Shown here piece by piece: positions 37,011 through 49,974 of a stretch of DNA of 64,000 nucleotides (position 1 is its first letter; the number at the start of each line of letters is the position of its first letter). The stretch comes from Pristiophorus japonicus (Eukaryota), in contig NC_091984.1 of assembly GCF_044704955.1 (NCBI RefSeq), positions 179,304,001 through 179,368,000 on the forward strand, in the 5' to 3' direction. The position numbers were made by a program, and so were the translations under genes. The notes beneath the pieces are model-generated. The model made no database searches. It was not told where the DNA came from and worked only from the letters and a program-made list of their open reading frames with translations.

Positions 37011-40000
37011 ATTATTGTTCCACTGTTCAAATGAATTTATTCATTTCTTGCTTCAATTCTCTCCGAATTTATGACCGTTTTAAAACGTCCAAATTTCGAG
37101 GTTCCACTCTTTGAAAACTTTTTCAGATTAACATAAAACCTCCGGTAGAAATAAGGATTTTACAGAACGGATATGTGACGGTCGAAATATAATAACCTGT
37201 AAAATGCTAATTTGTGTTTGTATGTTGATTGACCTGCATTTCGTGTGTGTGTGTTTTTAATATTCTCCCAATTTCTGAATGACGTCACTGTAAAACTACA
37301 TAAGTAGCAAATAACGTTGTATCATACCCGAAGGAAAATATCAATCTTAATCAGGCCCGAGTAGAATGGGAATATAACCTGAATTGAAAAGAGAACTTCG
37401 AGAATCATATAATGATGCCTCACAGAAGGAGACCATTCAACCCATCGCGTTTCTGCCGGCTCTTTGAAAGATCTTATCCAAATAGCGCCACTAACCTGCA
37501 CTTGCCGCATAGCCCTGTAATTCTATCCGCTTCAAGTATTTACATGCCATCTCTGAATTCATGCTCCACGTAGTTAAAGCACGGATCTCTTGATAAAAAC
37601 ATCCACATGTTAAAGTTTAATTTGCATCGTATTGAACCTGACGCATAAGAACACGAACTGTATAAATAACCCTTTTGAAAAAAGGCTTCGTGATCCAAAG
37701 GTATCGCTGTGGAATGTTGGGAGGTGCTCATAGATAAATGCTAAATTAGGTAACCTGACATGATCAGAATAAAATACGGCAGGATGCCTTGAGAATTACT
37801 AATGTTATTATAGGACAAACTCGATAAGGGATAATGGAAAATTAGCTCATCGCAGCCATGTATGAAAGCAGGCTTATGAGATCTTGAGCTGAAAGAAACT
37901 GGAACCGTCTGGTACATATACGGTTAGAACAAGAGACACAAAAGACAATAGTTGAGATGGAGTTCCACGGGCGGAACTACTGCAACTCAGTTCAGCTATT
38001 CCTGTTTGATAATCTGTATAAATATGAATGATCAGCAATAACTCTCTGAGCGCTGCAAACTACCTTGAACAGCATCGTCTGTATGTCACAAGTATACTTG
38101 CTACTTCTGAGTATACAGACGTATATTACTTCCCTGTAGTCTTAGTCCGCACTGAAATATCAATAAACAGCTATCAATGTATCACTTACTCATGCGCCTT
38201 AGAATATGTTAATTACTATTGATAGAACAGTGTTGGCAACCTGTAACAGGACGCAAGCAGTGGATATTTGTCCAGCGATTCCGGGACTAATGACCCCTGA
38301 GCCAACCCAAATATGTATTGGAGAGAATTCGATAACAGCCATTGAAATTGGCGTTAATAGCGAAATGTAGACGTAATAGAGAACTTAGCTGAATATGCAT
38401 ACTAATACAGCTCCAGCCATGCTGTTGGTCATCTTACACTAGCGATCTTGATGGGGAACACCTGAGCGAGTTGGTTCATGTGCCAAAGAAATAGCTCTTT
38501 AGTACCCGATAGCCTTATCAGCATAACACCAAAGCACGTTTTATTTGCCTTTAATAAGGCCGTAGAAGTTTAGAATAAGAAATGAAGAACTAGTATGAAA
38601 AAATAAAGGGCGAACAGCAAGTAGCGTATGTAACCTGTCAAGAACTAACAGCGCAACTAGAATAATGTGCAAATCATTGTAATAAATTGAAGGAAATTGT
38701 GCAGGAGAAGGATGAATAAGAGCAGAGGTTAAAGTGAGCCATTAAATATTAGACCTAGGCAGTGATGCAGTTAGGTAAAGATGCCTCGGCTATTCACATT
38801 GAGTATAATGAAAGAATTGTGAGACAAAATGCCCTCAAGTCTGTTACCCAGATCTCCACAAGGCCCAGGCTTGCTTGAAGACTCTGACCAATGGGCGATT
38901 ACGTTGATACATTGTGGAGGTACGTACATAACCCACATTCCTGAGCTAGTAAACAAGGTGGCAAAACATGAGCTCCAATGCAAGCCTGAGAAGAAGCATC
39001 GTTTACAGCCAAATGAGAATTTAAATCAGTAGAAAACTGTGGTATGTAGTCAATATCACAGATTGAAAGTTGAGACGAGAGAATAAGGATAATAAAGGAG
39101 AAGAGGATATCCCTTTCTACCGTTGACACCTAAATCTTTTCTTGTTTCACTGTACTATTTTGTTTTAAATTTCTCTGTGAAAGTGCCGTCTGTAGAATTA
39201 TATCCGGGGTGGCTCCGTCAACGTTTCACAGTGCTTCAGTAAATTGCTAATCCTTTGTAGACCTTACCTTAGTTACCATTAAAATTAGTGCAAATATTTA
39301 AAGCCGACAAGAGCTATTTTTCTTCAATTAGTAAATTGAATGGGAAGGCAACGGAACAATCCACGTGGGGTGAACATAAAATATATTTTAATGCCAAAGT
39401 CATAACGACTGCTACATGTAAGAGGAGTTATAGTGAGCAGAATAGCCAGCATCATATTAATTTAGATCACAGCAGTTTTAGAAGGGTTTAATGGAATTGA
39501 ATTAGTCTCCAAGCATAAAGGGACACCGTGATTAGCACCAAAATGTGGAAAGATGCATTGTCTGGGATTAGGTTGCATGTATAATGAATGATAGGCCTTC
39601 TCTGAAATAAATATCTTGAAGAGATAAGGAAGTGAAGGGGATTAGGGAAGAATGTCAGAGAGCAAAAAAAGGCAATGATAAGAGTATGCATGTGGAACAT
39701 GTGAGTTGGAAATTACATTGCATATTGCATTGATGTATTAACAGATTATAACAGGAACGAGTTTAAGTAATAACATTATGCATAAAGCATTCAGTCCTAT
39801 AACCCTCCTATTTCTCATGTGCATGCTGAGCCTCCTCGACGTCCAGAAGACACAACATCAAGTTCCACATGTATGCTGAAGAACCTAGTTGTAACTCACC
39901 ACCACCTCTCTCAAACCCGCCACTGCCTCAGTGCTGTCAGGCATCCAGTCTTGACTGACAGAAATATCTTCCAATTAACAAGTATAGTCTGTTAAACGTA

Positions 40001-40402
40001 TCCTCATAATTTAACCCTTTTAGCCCCAGTGTCATCCTGGTGAATCTTTGCTGCACTCTGTGCAAGGCCGATACATCATTCTTGAGGTGCGAGGCCCAGA
40101 ACTGAACACATTAATCTAGATTGGGTCTAACCAGAGCTCTGTATAGCTGTAACCTAGCATCTACATATTTCCATTCCAGCCCTCTTGCGACAAAGACCAA
40201 CAATCCATTGACCATTGAAATTATTTTTTGTAGCTTTAAGCAATTTCTGAACTTGGACCCCTAAATCTCTCTGCTCATCCACAGTTTCTAGCTTCTTGCC
40301 ATTTAGAAAATACTCTTTCCTAGTTGCAAGGTGACTGACCTCGCACTTTCCTACATTGAACTCCACCTGCCACAGTGTTGCCCGCTCATTTAATCTTTCA
40401 AT

Positions 40403-41122
40403 GTCCCAGAAATTGCGTTTGGTGGCTTACAGTGGACGGATGACTCAGACTTAAATAATTCATTTGAATCTATCTCCCGGTCTGGGAGATTCAGAGATTG
40501 TGGTCCTGGGCCTCTAAGTGAAAGCATGCGTAGAGGCCCATGTATTCCAGAGATGCAAATGCTTTGTACGCATCCCTGGGATGACGTCGGCTGGCCCAAC
40601 CAATCTAAGTAGGGTTATTCCCATTCATACTTGTGGTGATTCCGTATGTCCAGAATCACCACAATTATGAATGGGAATACCACGCAAAACACACAATGCT
40701 TAAAATATATATTTTTTAAACTCGCATATTTAAAATCAATCTAAATGGAATTTAATATTTTAAAGCGTCTAAAAATAAACACCTTATTTAATAGCCTATA
40801 AATATTAGAATTATTGAAAAAAAATGTGTTTTGCTGTCCTTTGAAAGTTTTACGCCGATAAAAACAAGCCTTCCGTCCAGTTTTATCAGTCGTATGAATT
40901 GCAGCGGCAGTTGCTGTGCAGTAGTTGTGCAAATAGCCCAAATCTACGTCTGCGGAGGACATTTATATTTGGATGCGTGTGATCTGTCATGATGATTCTT
41001 GACAGATCGCAAGTTCCGAGTTGAGGTGCAAGCGCTTATCGTACCAAAACCCGGAACTTGCAGAACCTCAATGGGCGCATGCGCGACTCGTACGAAACCA
41101 TAGGGTGCGTTAATTCAGGGCG
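40403..41122. mobile_element. Harbinger-type MITE
   Basis: AAT then GTCCCAGAAATT ... AATTCAGGGCG then ATT; internal hairpin at 41009-41061. Confidence 0.65.
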
Positions 41123-41158
41123 ATTGCATTTTTGCAACTTTCTGCCCTCATTTATATT

Positions 41159-41933
41159 GGCCGTGAGTTTGTGGTCCATATGAAGCCGTGCTCCCAGAGT
41201 ACGCCATCATTGCGCCTTTGAAATTGATCGGAAGTTGGTGATTTCTGCTTGTGTATGCGCTAAATTACGAACTTGTGATCTGTCCAGTTCCAAATCCACA
41301 GCGGCTTTCCTGTATGTTTCACCCCATTTAAATCGACGTCCTGCCAAAAAGTAGGGCTAATTGCCCACCTACTACGCATTAATTACGCTGGAAGATTTTA
41401 TGGTTGGTGCAAACAGCTACATGAGCCAATTAGCATAGCGCAAGAGGAAGGCGGATGCGAAAATAGCATAGGTATTCATTAACTTGAAATTATATTAACA
41501 ATGACTTCTCAGTTTAGCTCGCCTGTTTGGTCAAAATCCGTTATAATAAGCAGTAAGATGCAATGCTGACACTGAACTCACCCACGGCAAGTTCGCTTAT
41601 CATTCATTTAATCTTTTATCGATATTTTAAAACTGAACCGTTTTCCACTGTACTAATGCTATACGTATTTTACAAGTGAACGCTACACAAAAAACTGCGA
41701 ACATCTACAACCTGAAACAATAGAGATCTCCACTGTGTCCTGATTGGCTAAGAGTCAGGAAGTGAAAGAATCGCCGCCCCACGTGATCCCAGATACACTT
41801 AAGCGATCAGTAGACCACCATGCTGCGAAACAATGCAGGTTCTCGGAGAGGATTCACATCAGGTAAGCGCATATTTCCTATGGATGTCAGTGGCATACTC
41901 TGTGACTACATCAATGGCCGCAAACTCATGGCC
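41159..41933. mobile_element. Harbinger-type MITE
   Basis: Terminal inverted repeats GGCCGTGAGTTTGTGGTCCAT / ATGGCCGCAAACTCATGGCC; ATT TSD at 41156-41158 and 41934-41936. Confidence 0.8.
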
Positions 41934-44811
41934 ATTACTTGATTTGCCAACTCACTAATACTTACATATAAAGCTCTATTACTTCATCCAAGTCATTTAT
42001 ACATGTAGTGAAAAGCTGCCGCTGCAGTACAGATACCTGGAAGAAACAACTCGTCTCATTATGCCAAATTAAATACATACCATTTATCGGTATTCTCTGT
42101 GTCCTACCTCCTAACGAAATCCCTATCAAAGCCAATACGTTGCTTCCAATTCCATTCGCTCTCATTTTTATTAACTGTCTCTAACACGGAACCTTGTCAA
42201 ATCACCGATGTACTCGCCAACGTAATTTAGCTGCTGGTCCACCAATGTATCGATATTTTAAATCTCATCCTCACGTTCAAATCCCTCCATGGTCTCGCCC
42301 TTTCTTATATATGTAACATCCTAAAACCAGATAAACCACTGTTAATGCTGTGCTCCTCCAACTTTGGGCTCTTGTGCATCTCCCATCCCTTCAGCCCACC
42401 AGTGGAGGTTGTGCCTTCAGACGTCTGGACCCTAAGCTATGGAATTATCTTCGCAAATTAATTTGTGTTTGCACCTCTGTCTCTTCCTTTAACACGTTGG
42501 TTACAAACTACCTCTTTGACTAAATGTTTGCCTACTTGCCCTAATGTCTCCTTCTTTGGCTCGGTGTCAATTATTTTCTGTTTGCGCTCCTGTGAAGCTG
42601 CTTGCGTCGTTTTCCTACATTATAGGTGCTAAGTAAATGTAAGTTCTTGTTATTGTTGATGTTATTATATAGATATCGAGAACAAAAATAAAAGTAGCAG
42701 TGACCCCATGATTAACAATCACTCAAAGCCGCCTCCATTCGAAGCAACATGCACTTACTGTGATTCTTTGTTTTCTGTCTTCAAATAAATTTCTCTTATA
42801 CCATATGCCTAAATTGGCTAACACTCCTTCTGGAAATCTATGCCCGCTACATCCATTGAATTTCTTTTACTTCTATAATCTATTGAATGGATCCATATTT
42901 TAGATGTGGGAATATTGCATTTCAAGCCTGTGACATGCCCATTATTCATTGCAAAAGAGCAGTTAAGTATAATGCTGATAGGTTTTAGTATCACAGGTGA
43001 GTCCTGAAGTCGATTTGAGGGGACGAATCGACAGTGATGCAATAAAAATGTTTTGAAGAAGGGAGAACTAATGTAATGAATTACATCCTATTGCCATAGA
43101 GATAGATAGAGGCAGAATAAACCTTCTGCCTAAAAATATAGATAATTAATGATGTACCATATACATTTAGAGCTGGGTCTGGGTCCTCTGGGATATAACT
43201 AACTGCTACCTGGTTCTTGCATGTTAAGCTTCCAGAAAGTGGTATTTGTATTCGACTATCACGCAATATTAATATGGTAATTATGACACGAAGGTTTCAT
43301 CTGGGATGTGTGAACAATACTGTACCATGTATCATTCAAGTTGCCGATCAGAGCAAACATTCAACCATTAATATGAAGTTCTCGTGTCTCACCAGAATTC
43401 ATAGCATTCCAGGTAGTTCAAAGGCTACTGGACTATTTATGCTTTAGTCCAAGGAGACTATCGGAAGAGAATGACTGAACCAAGTAAGCATGATAACTTA
43501 AATGGTCCTGGGTGAAATGGAACTGCACACAACTGCTAGAGTATGTTACAGACTGTTGGTAAAGAGACTTCCACTATATCCACTGCTGCCAGGAGCAGAA
43601 GTGCCAAGGGTTCCCTATGTGTGGTACTTGCTTAAATCTGTAAATAAATCTAGTTAGTTAATCCAGGTTTCAGCTTCTGGTTTATATCTAATATAAGACA
43701 TGGAAAATGTGGTGAGAAGGTTGAAAGAGTGAACAATTCATTAAAATCCCCTAAAATTACACCATACTTGGGGCAGCAAACTGTGACAAGCATTTGTTCC
43801 GCACAAAGGTAAATAAAAATATACTGGAAAGTCGGCTTCATAAAATATACTTCGACAACACTAAGCTGAGAGATCCAAAGGCATCATGCTTCCAATCTTT
43901 ACTAATATCTTTTATTTGTTAATTATAATAACGCAGATAATATAAATGAGATGTGAAATTTATGTCGTGAGCACAAGGGAGTCTCATTAATATTTATCTT
44001 TACAGAACCTCAAGTTTCAAACTATACGGGGGAAGATATATCAAGTAGAGTCATTCAATCACATTGAGTCGCTGGTTTACGTGAAAGATTAAGTGAAATT
44101 CTATTATAATGCCATATGATTCAGGAACTTTAACCTGTTATGCGAAAAACTATTCAGCGATTCCTGTGAAAACTACAATACTGCTGTCCAGTTGTTCATA
44201 TATTTAAACGTTCATTGCCTATCTCCGCAACTGCCTCAGCTCATCTGCTGCTGAAACTCTCATCCATATCTTTGTTACCTCAACATTCGATTGTCCCAAA
44301 GCTCTCCTTGCACTCTCCGTAAACATGGGTTCATTCAAAACTCTGCTGCCGTATCATAGCTTGCATTAGCCTGTTCAATCATCACCCCTGTGCTCGCTGA
44401 TCTACATTGGGCCTTTGTCCAGCAATGCCTAGATTTTAAAATGTTCACCGTTGTTTTCAAATCCCCCTATGGCCTCACCCCTCCATATCTCTCTAAGCTC
44501 CTCCAGCCTTAAAGATCTCAGCACTTTTCGAAATCTGGCCTATTGAGCATCCCCGATTTTAATCGCTCCGTCTTTGGTTTCCTGACTTCAGCTGCCCAGG
44601 CGTACAGTCCTGAATTTTGCCGCCTGAAAATCTCCGCCTCTCTACCTCTCCTTCTTTAAGATACGCCATAAACCTACCTTTTTCACCAAGTTTTTATACA
44701 CCTGTTCTAATATTTCCTTATGTGGCAGATTGTTACATTTTGTTTGACAACGCTCCTGTGAAGCACTTTTGGACATTTACTACATTAAAAGCGTGATATA
44801 TATAGAAACTT

Positions 44812-46560
44812 GGCCGAGAAATTCGGGGATTAAGCGGTGGCCGTTAAGGCAGTTTGAAGGAACAATTTGGGCAGGTCGGCAGCGCTGCAGATGGGTGCAC
44901 TCGGCTGCTGATGTATAGATTAGGCTGATCGTAGCGATGGTGAATGTGCAACGCTCAGTTGATGCCCGATCTGCCGTTTCCACTGTCACCACTCCACTTA
45001 CCGGTGTGTGTAAATCACAACCAGATAACCAAGCATTCAGCAGCAGGAAGGGGGCTCCAGCAGCGGCATTGAAATGGATCTTCATCAACATCTTGCACAT
45101 GACACATTTTTCAGTCTAACTGGCTCCGTGTAAATTTCTGCAATTATTGTAGCTTCCTCAACTTGCTTCAAGTTCCTCAAGTGACAGAAAATGTTGGTGC
45201 TCGTGTAGTACACCTTCATTCTCATTTAAAGGCTTCTGTTCATACCACTTGCTCGCCAAGGACATGGTCACAGAAATCTGACATCTTATGCAACCAGACG
45301 TGCTGACTTATTGCATGGCGGCCACGGCTCACCCAATGGCTCTGAAGGTCACAGTGGCACTCAGCTTTTTTTTGTAAGCGGAGCTTTTCAGTCTGCAACA
45401 GGAGACATAGCTAACATCTCCCATTACACCATACATCACTGCATCCGGGAGGTCACAGAGGTTCTCTGCACCAGGGGCAGGATTACTTTGTCTTCTCTCT
45501 GACTGGAGAGAATCAGGAGGAGCGGGCATGTGGCTTTGCGCACAGCATCGGGGTGCAGAAGCAACAGTCCTGCTGCCTTGACCGCTCAGGTGGAGCTTGC
45601 CATTGCTCGGCAGAGCGGCTGTCCCATTTCGTGGTGTTCTCATCATCATAGGCAGTCCCTCGAAATCGAGATGGATTTGCTTCTACTCTAAAAATGAGTT
45701 CTCAGGTGACTGTATAGTCCAATACAGGAATTACAGTCTCTGTCACAGGTGGGACAAACAACCTTTGAAGGAAAGGGTGGGTGGGGAGTATGATTTGCTG
45801 CACGCTCCTTCTGCTGTCCTAACTTGGTTCTGCATGATCTCGCCGACGAGACTCGAGTTGCTCAGCCCCTTCCCTGGGTGGTCCACTTAGGGCGGTCTTG
45901 GGCCAGGGATTCCCAGGTGCCAATGGAGATGTTGGACTTTATCAAGGAGGCTTTGACGGTGTCCTTGAAACGTTTCCGCTGCCCAGTTGAGGCTCGCTTG
46001 CCATGTAGGAGTTCCGAGTACAGCGCTTGCTTTGGGAGTCTCGTGTCAGGCATGCGGACGATATGGCCCAGCTGGTCGAGTGTGGTCTGTCCTTCGATGC
46101 TGGGGATGTTGGCCTGATCGAGAACACTGACGTTGGTGCGTCTATCCTCCCAGTGGATTTGTAACATCTTGCAGAGGCAGTGCTGGTGGTACTTCTCCAG
46201 CACTGTGAGGAGGTGTTCTAGTGCACGTTTCACAACATGCCCAGGTGAGTGCACAGCCCTTGCCATCATGGATAGCGGGACCACCTCAGGAAGGAGGGGA
46301 GGAAGAGGATGACGAGGTCGAGCTGGAAGTGAAGCGGCAGGCAGGCAGCAGTCTCAGTGGGGGGAGACTAAAGATGGCCTTGCCGGCCAACCTCAATCTC
46401 GGCATCGGCGTCAGCAGTCTCGGCTGGCTGGTTGACACGCAGTGGCAAGGGCAATGGCAGAGTGGCAGTGATAGGACTAGGAATGCTGTCATCCTGAAAG
46501 AGGTTGGAGCTTCTTGTTCCAGAGATCCATAGCCACTCCGCCGGGGTAGCGCCTCAGAGG
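44812..46560 (+). mobile_element. Degenerate PIF/Harbinger transposon (transposase N- and C-terminal remnants), interrupted by RTE
   Basis: Left end GGCCGAGAAATTC; ORF 45311 has FFVSGAFQSATGDIANISHYTIHHCIREVTEVL (HARBI1-like HTH); acidic tail AQPLP...EEEDDE at 46250-46340; right boundary approximate. Confidence 0.7.
45640..46245 (-). mobile_element. RTE-clade LINE 3' fragment
   Basis: ILQIHWEDRRTN-like..GHIVRMPDTRLPKQALYSEL..G.R..GQRKRFKD; (TGA)n tail read as catcatcat at 45640. Confidence 0.88.
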
Positions 46561-46929
46561 GGTTTAAACAGCGTAGATATAGAGAATCTGTGCCTATTGG
46601 TCTTAATACTAGTCATCAAATGTTGTGCAAGTACTCGCCATTTAACTCTGTCAACTGTTTGCTGTGAACTAGAAGGCACCGACTCTCGCCCCTCGTGTTA
46701 GTTCTGGTCTAAGGATTTTCACGAATTGGAACTGAATGGAAACACATCAATTATTGAAGGTTTGGAAAATGAATGCCTGTGCTTACTGACACATACTTTA
46801 TTAGACATAACCACGAAAATATTTAACATTTTTGTCACGCCAGGTTAGTATTAGTGCTGGAGTAATAAATCACTGGTTATGCCTCAGATGAAGTATTCTC
46901 TCCAATTCTAGACAACACATTTTAGGGCT

Positions 46930-47605
46930 GATGTCAAGGCATTGGAGAGCTTGTAGCGGAAATTGATCAGAAAGATACGAGAGATGAGGGACTTTAGATA
47001 TATGGAAAGATAAGAGAAGGTGAGATAGATCTCCTTAGAGCAGAAATATTTATGGGGATAATTATCATCATATTAGGCAGTCCCTCGGAATCGAGGAAGA
47101 CTTGCTTCCACTTTAAAAATGAGTTCTTAGGTGACTGAGCAGTCCAATACGAGAACCACAGTCCCTGTCACAGGTGGGACAGACAGTCGTTGAGGGAAAG
47201 TGTGGGTGGGACTGCTTTGCCGCTCTTTCCACTGCCTGCGCTTGCTTTCTGCATGCTCTCGGCAGGTATTCTCGAGCGGATACTTACTCCAGGTGTTCAA
47301 AACTTTGAAGGCTTTTGATAGAATAAATAAAGAGAAAACGTTTCCAGTTTACATAGGAAACTATTATGAACTGGAATTCACTACCTGAAAGGAAGATCGA
47401 AGCAGATTCAATAATAACTTTCAAAAGTGAACTGGAAAAATACATGAAAAGGAAAAATGTATCGGACTGTGGGGAAGGAGCAAGTGAGTGGAACAGGTTG
47501 AATATTTCTTTCAAAGATCAATCATTGAATCATTCAGCTCGAAGGGACGAAGGGCCTCGTTCTGTGCTGTATGATTCTACGATTCTACGATCCTATGACT
47601 CCATG
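46930..47605 (+). mobile_element. Old CR1 3' fragment interrupted by an RTE fragment
   Basis: WNSLP motif (ORF 47366); (ATTCTAYG)-like tail at 47570-47605. Confidence 0.6.
47063..47275 (-). mobile_element. RTE-clade LINE 3' UTR fragment
   Basis: Clear similarity to 45640-45860. Confidence 0.8.
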
Positions 47606-48877
47606 GAAAAAGACATATTGTATCAAAGAACGTGAGCAAATCTAATATACATATCCTGGAATCAGGAACCCGTAAGATTAACACAGGATATCCAAGAGCC
47701 GACATTTTTTCGTCTTTAAACTGATGTGTATTGCCATTTGTTCCCGGGATAAGGACAACAATGATTGGGCCAAATTTGTTGCTCATCAGTACATGGTCCG
47801 AAAAATTGCTGGAGAGCCTTCAGCTTGAAGCTCTGCAATTGTAATAATGGTGTTCCCCTGCTGGTATTCGTTAGCACATGTCAGACGATTGACCCAGTGA
47901 CAACGAAAGAGCTGCGATATATTTAAAGTTCTATGGTGTATGGTTTGGAGGTCTATGGTGTATGGTTTGGAGGTACCTGGACGTGATGGTGTTTGCACAA
48001 CATTGTTGTTTTGTTCCTCTCGGAGTACAAGTGGCAGATATGGAATGTGCTATCAAATTAGTTGTGGTAACTTGCTGCAGTTCATTCGGAAGCTCTTACA
48101 TATTGCTGTTACAGTGCATCAATGATGAGGCATGTATTCGGTTCAATGGCAGGAGCCCAGATTGAGCGAACTGTTTACTTTTAATTGATGTTGAAGTATT
48201 CGAGTGTTGTTGGGCCTTCACCCATCCAGACGAGTAATGAAGATTTATCCCGTTGTTCATTTTGCTCCAGAAATAGTCCATAGGGTTTCTGGAGCAATGA
48301 GGTTTGCCACTCGTCACAGAAAACCGAGCCTTTATCCTTCTCTTGTAGCTTCGGACTTACTGAGCTCTGTGATTGCACTCTCTGATGTTCCAATTGAAGC
48401 TTGTTACGGTTGTGTATTATACACATTTTGTAACGCTTGGGCTCAGTATGAATGACACGCTCGTCTGTGAACCATTCTCCTCTTGGAAACAGAGTGCGTC
48501 TGTATCTGCCTAATATTAAATCTGCTCCCGGATTGGACAGAAAACACGATTACTATGGTTGACTTCTTTTATAGCCTTGTTCCATTGCTCAGTTATTTGT
48601 AAACACCATTTGCAGTTGAACTAAATTTGCACCTCAGTGAGACTGCTGGTCAGAGAAGGTATATCTCCTTCGATGTGATTCCGTCGGCAACAATTCGAAA
48701 CCATATTATTCACTGTTCCAGTTCAGATGGAGAATGCAGCTAATTCAATTAAAATAACATCTAATGCAAGCATTATCCAGTTATCATAGGTGGAGAGTGA
48801 ATAAATGTCTTCAACCAGTAATTCGGACTGGGGCAAAGTCTCAAGATTCGTGTTTCAACACTTGCGTTTATTATTTA

Positions 48878-49950
48878 TTCGTTCCAAGGATGTGGGCATC
48901 ACTGGCAAGGTCAGCATTTATTGCTCGTCACTAATTGCAATAAGAAGGTGGCAGTTAGCGGCATTTTTTGAACTGCTACAATCCGTGTGGTGAAGTTACT
49001 CCCACAGTGCTGTTAAACAGGGATTTCCATGATATTGGCACAGCGATGATGAAGGAATGGCAATATATTTCCAACTCAGAATGGTGTGTTGTTTGGAGGG
49101 GAATGGTAGGCGATGGTGTTCCAATTTGGCTGCTGCCCTTCTCCTTCTAGGTGGGTTTGGGAGGTGTTGCCGAAGAATCATTGGTGAGTTGCTGCAGTGC
49201 AAATTAAATATGATACACACTGCAGCCACGATGCACCGCGGGTGGAGTGATCGCATGTTTAATGTGGTGAATGGGGTGCCAGTCAAGCGGGTTGCATTAT
49301 CCTGCAAGTTGTCGAGTTTCTTCAGTGTTGTTGGAGCTGCACTCTACCAGGCAAGTGGAAAGTATTCCATCACACTTCTGACTTGTGGCTTGTAGATGGT
49401 TCAAAGGCTTTGGGGAGTCAGGAGGTGAGACACTCGCCAATGAATGCCCAGTTTATGACCCGCTGTTTTTGCCACTCTATTTATGTGGCTGGTCCAGTTA
49501 GTCTTCTGATCAATGGTAAAACCTAGGATGTTGATGGTGGGGTTGCAACGATGGTAATTCCGTTGAATGTGTTGGGCTTTTGGAGATAGTCTTTGCCTGG
49601 CACTTGTGCTGCGTGAATGTTTCTTGCCACATATCAGCCCAAAGCCTGGATGGCATCCAGGTATTGCTGCACACTGGTATTGACTGATATATTAACTAAG
49701 GAGGAGTGAATGGAACTATACACTGCAATCATCAGCGAACATCGCCGCTTCTGACCTTAGGATGGAGACAAGGTCATTGATGAAACAGCTGAAATGGTTG
49801 AGCCTAGGAAACGGCCCTGAAAAACGACTGCAGCGATGTCCTGGGGCTGAGATAATTGACCTTAGACCTTTGGTTTAAGATGGTTGCAAACGCTTCAGCC
49901 TTGTCTTTTGCACACACATTGAGAATGTGGATATTCATGAATCCTCCTCC
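48878..49950 (-). mobile_element. CR1/L2-group LINE 3' portion (distinct family)
   Basis: ORF 48996-49307 resembles QDKAARLIG..SLHHR..VAAVC; same family as 58640-59810 and 1-75. Confidence 0.75.
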
Positions 49951-49974
49951 TCTCGTTATTTTTTTTAACAGTGC

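Larger units (their letters stand above)
32139..45580 (+). repeat. Segmental duplication unit 2 (IgL cluster with C)
   Basis: Colinear with 10566-28530. Confidence 0.92.

Noticed and set aside
47615-47760. C...ISWNQEP...DVYC pattern resembling a V domain
   Set aside because: Needs several frameshifts, spacing is wrong, and there is no leader or J support
47930-47973. 22-bp tandem duplication TCTATGGTGTATGGTTTGGAGG x2
   Set aside because: Real, but a simple two-copy slippage with no spacers; not an array
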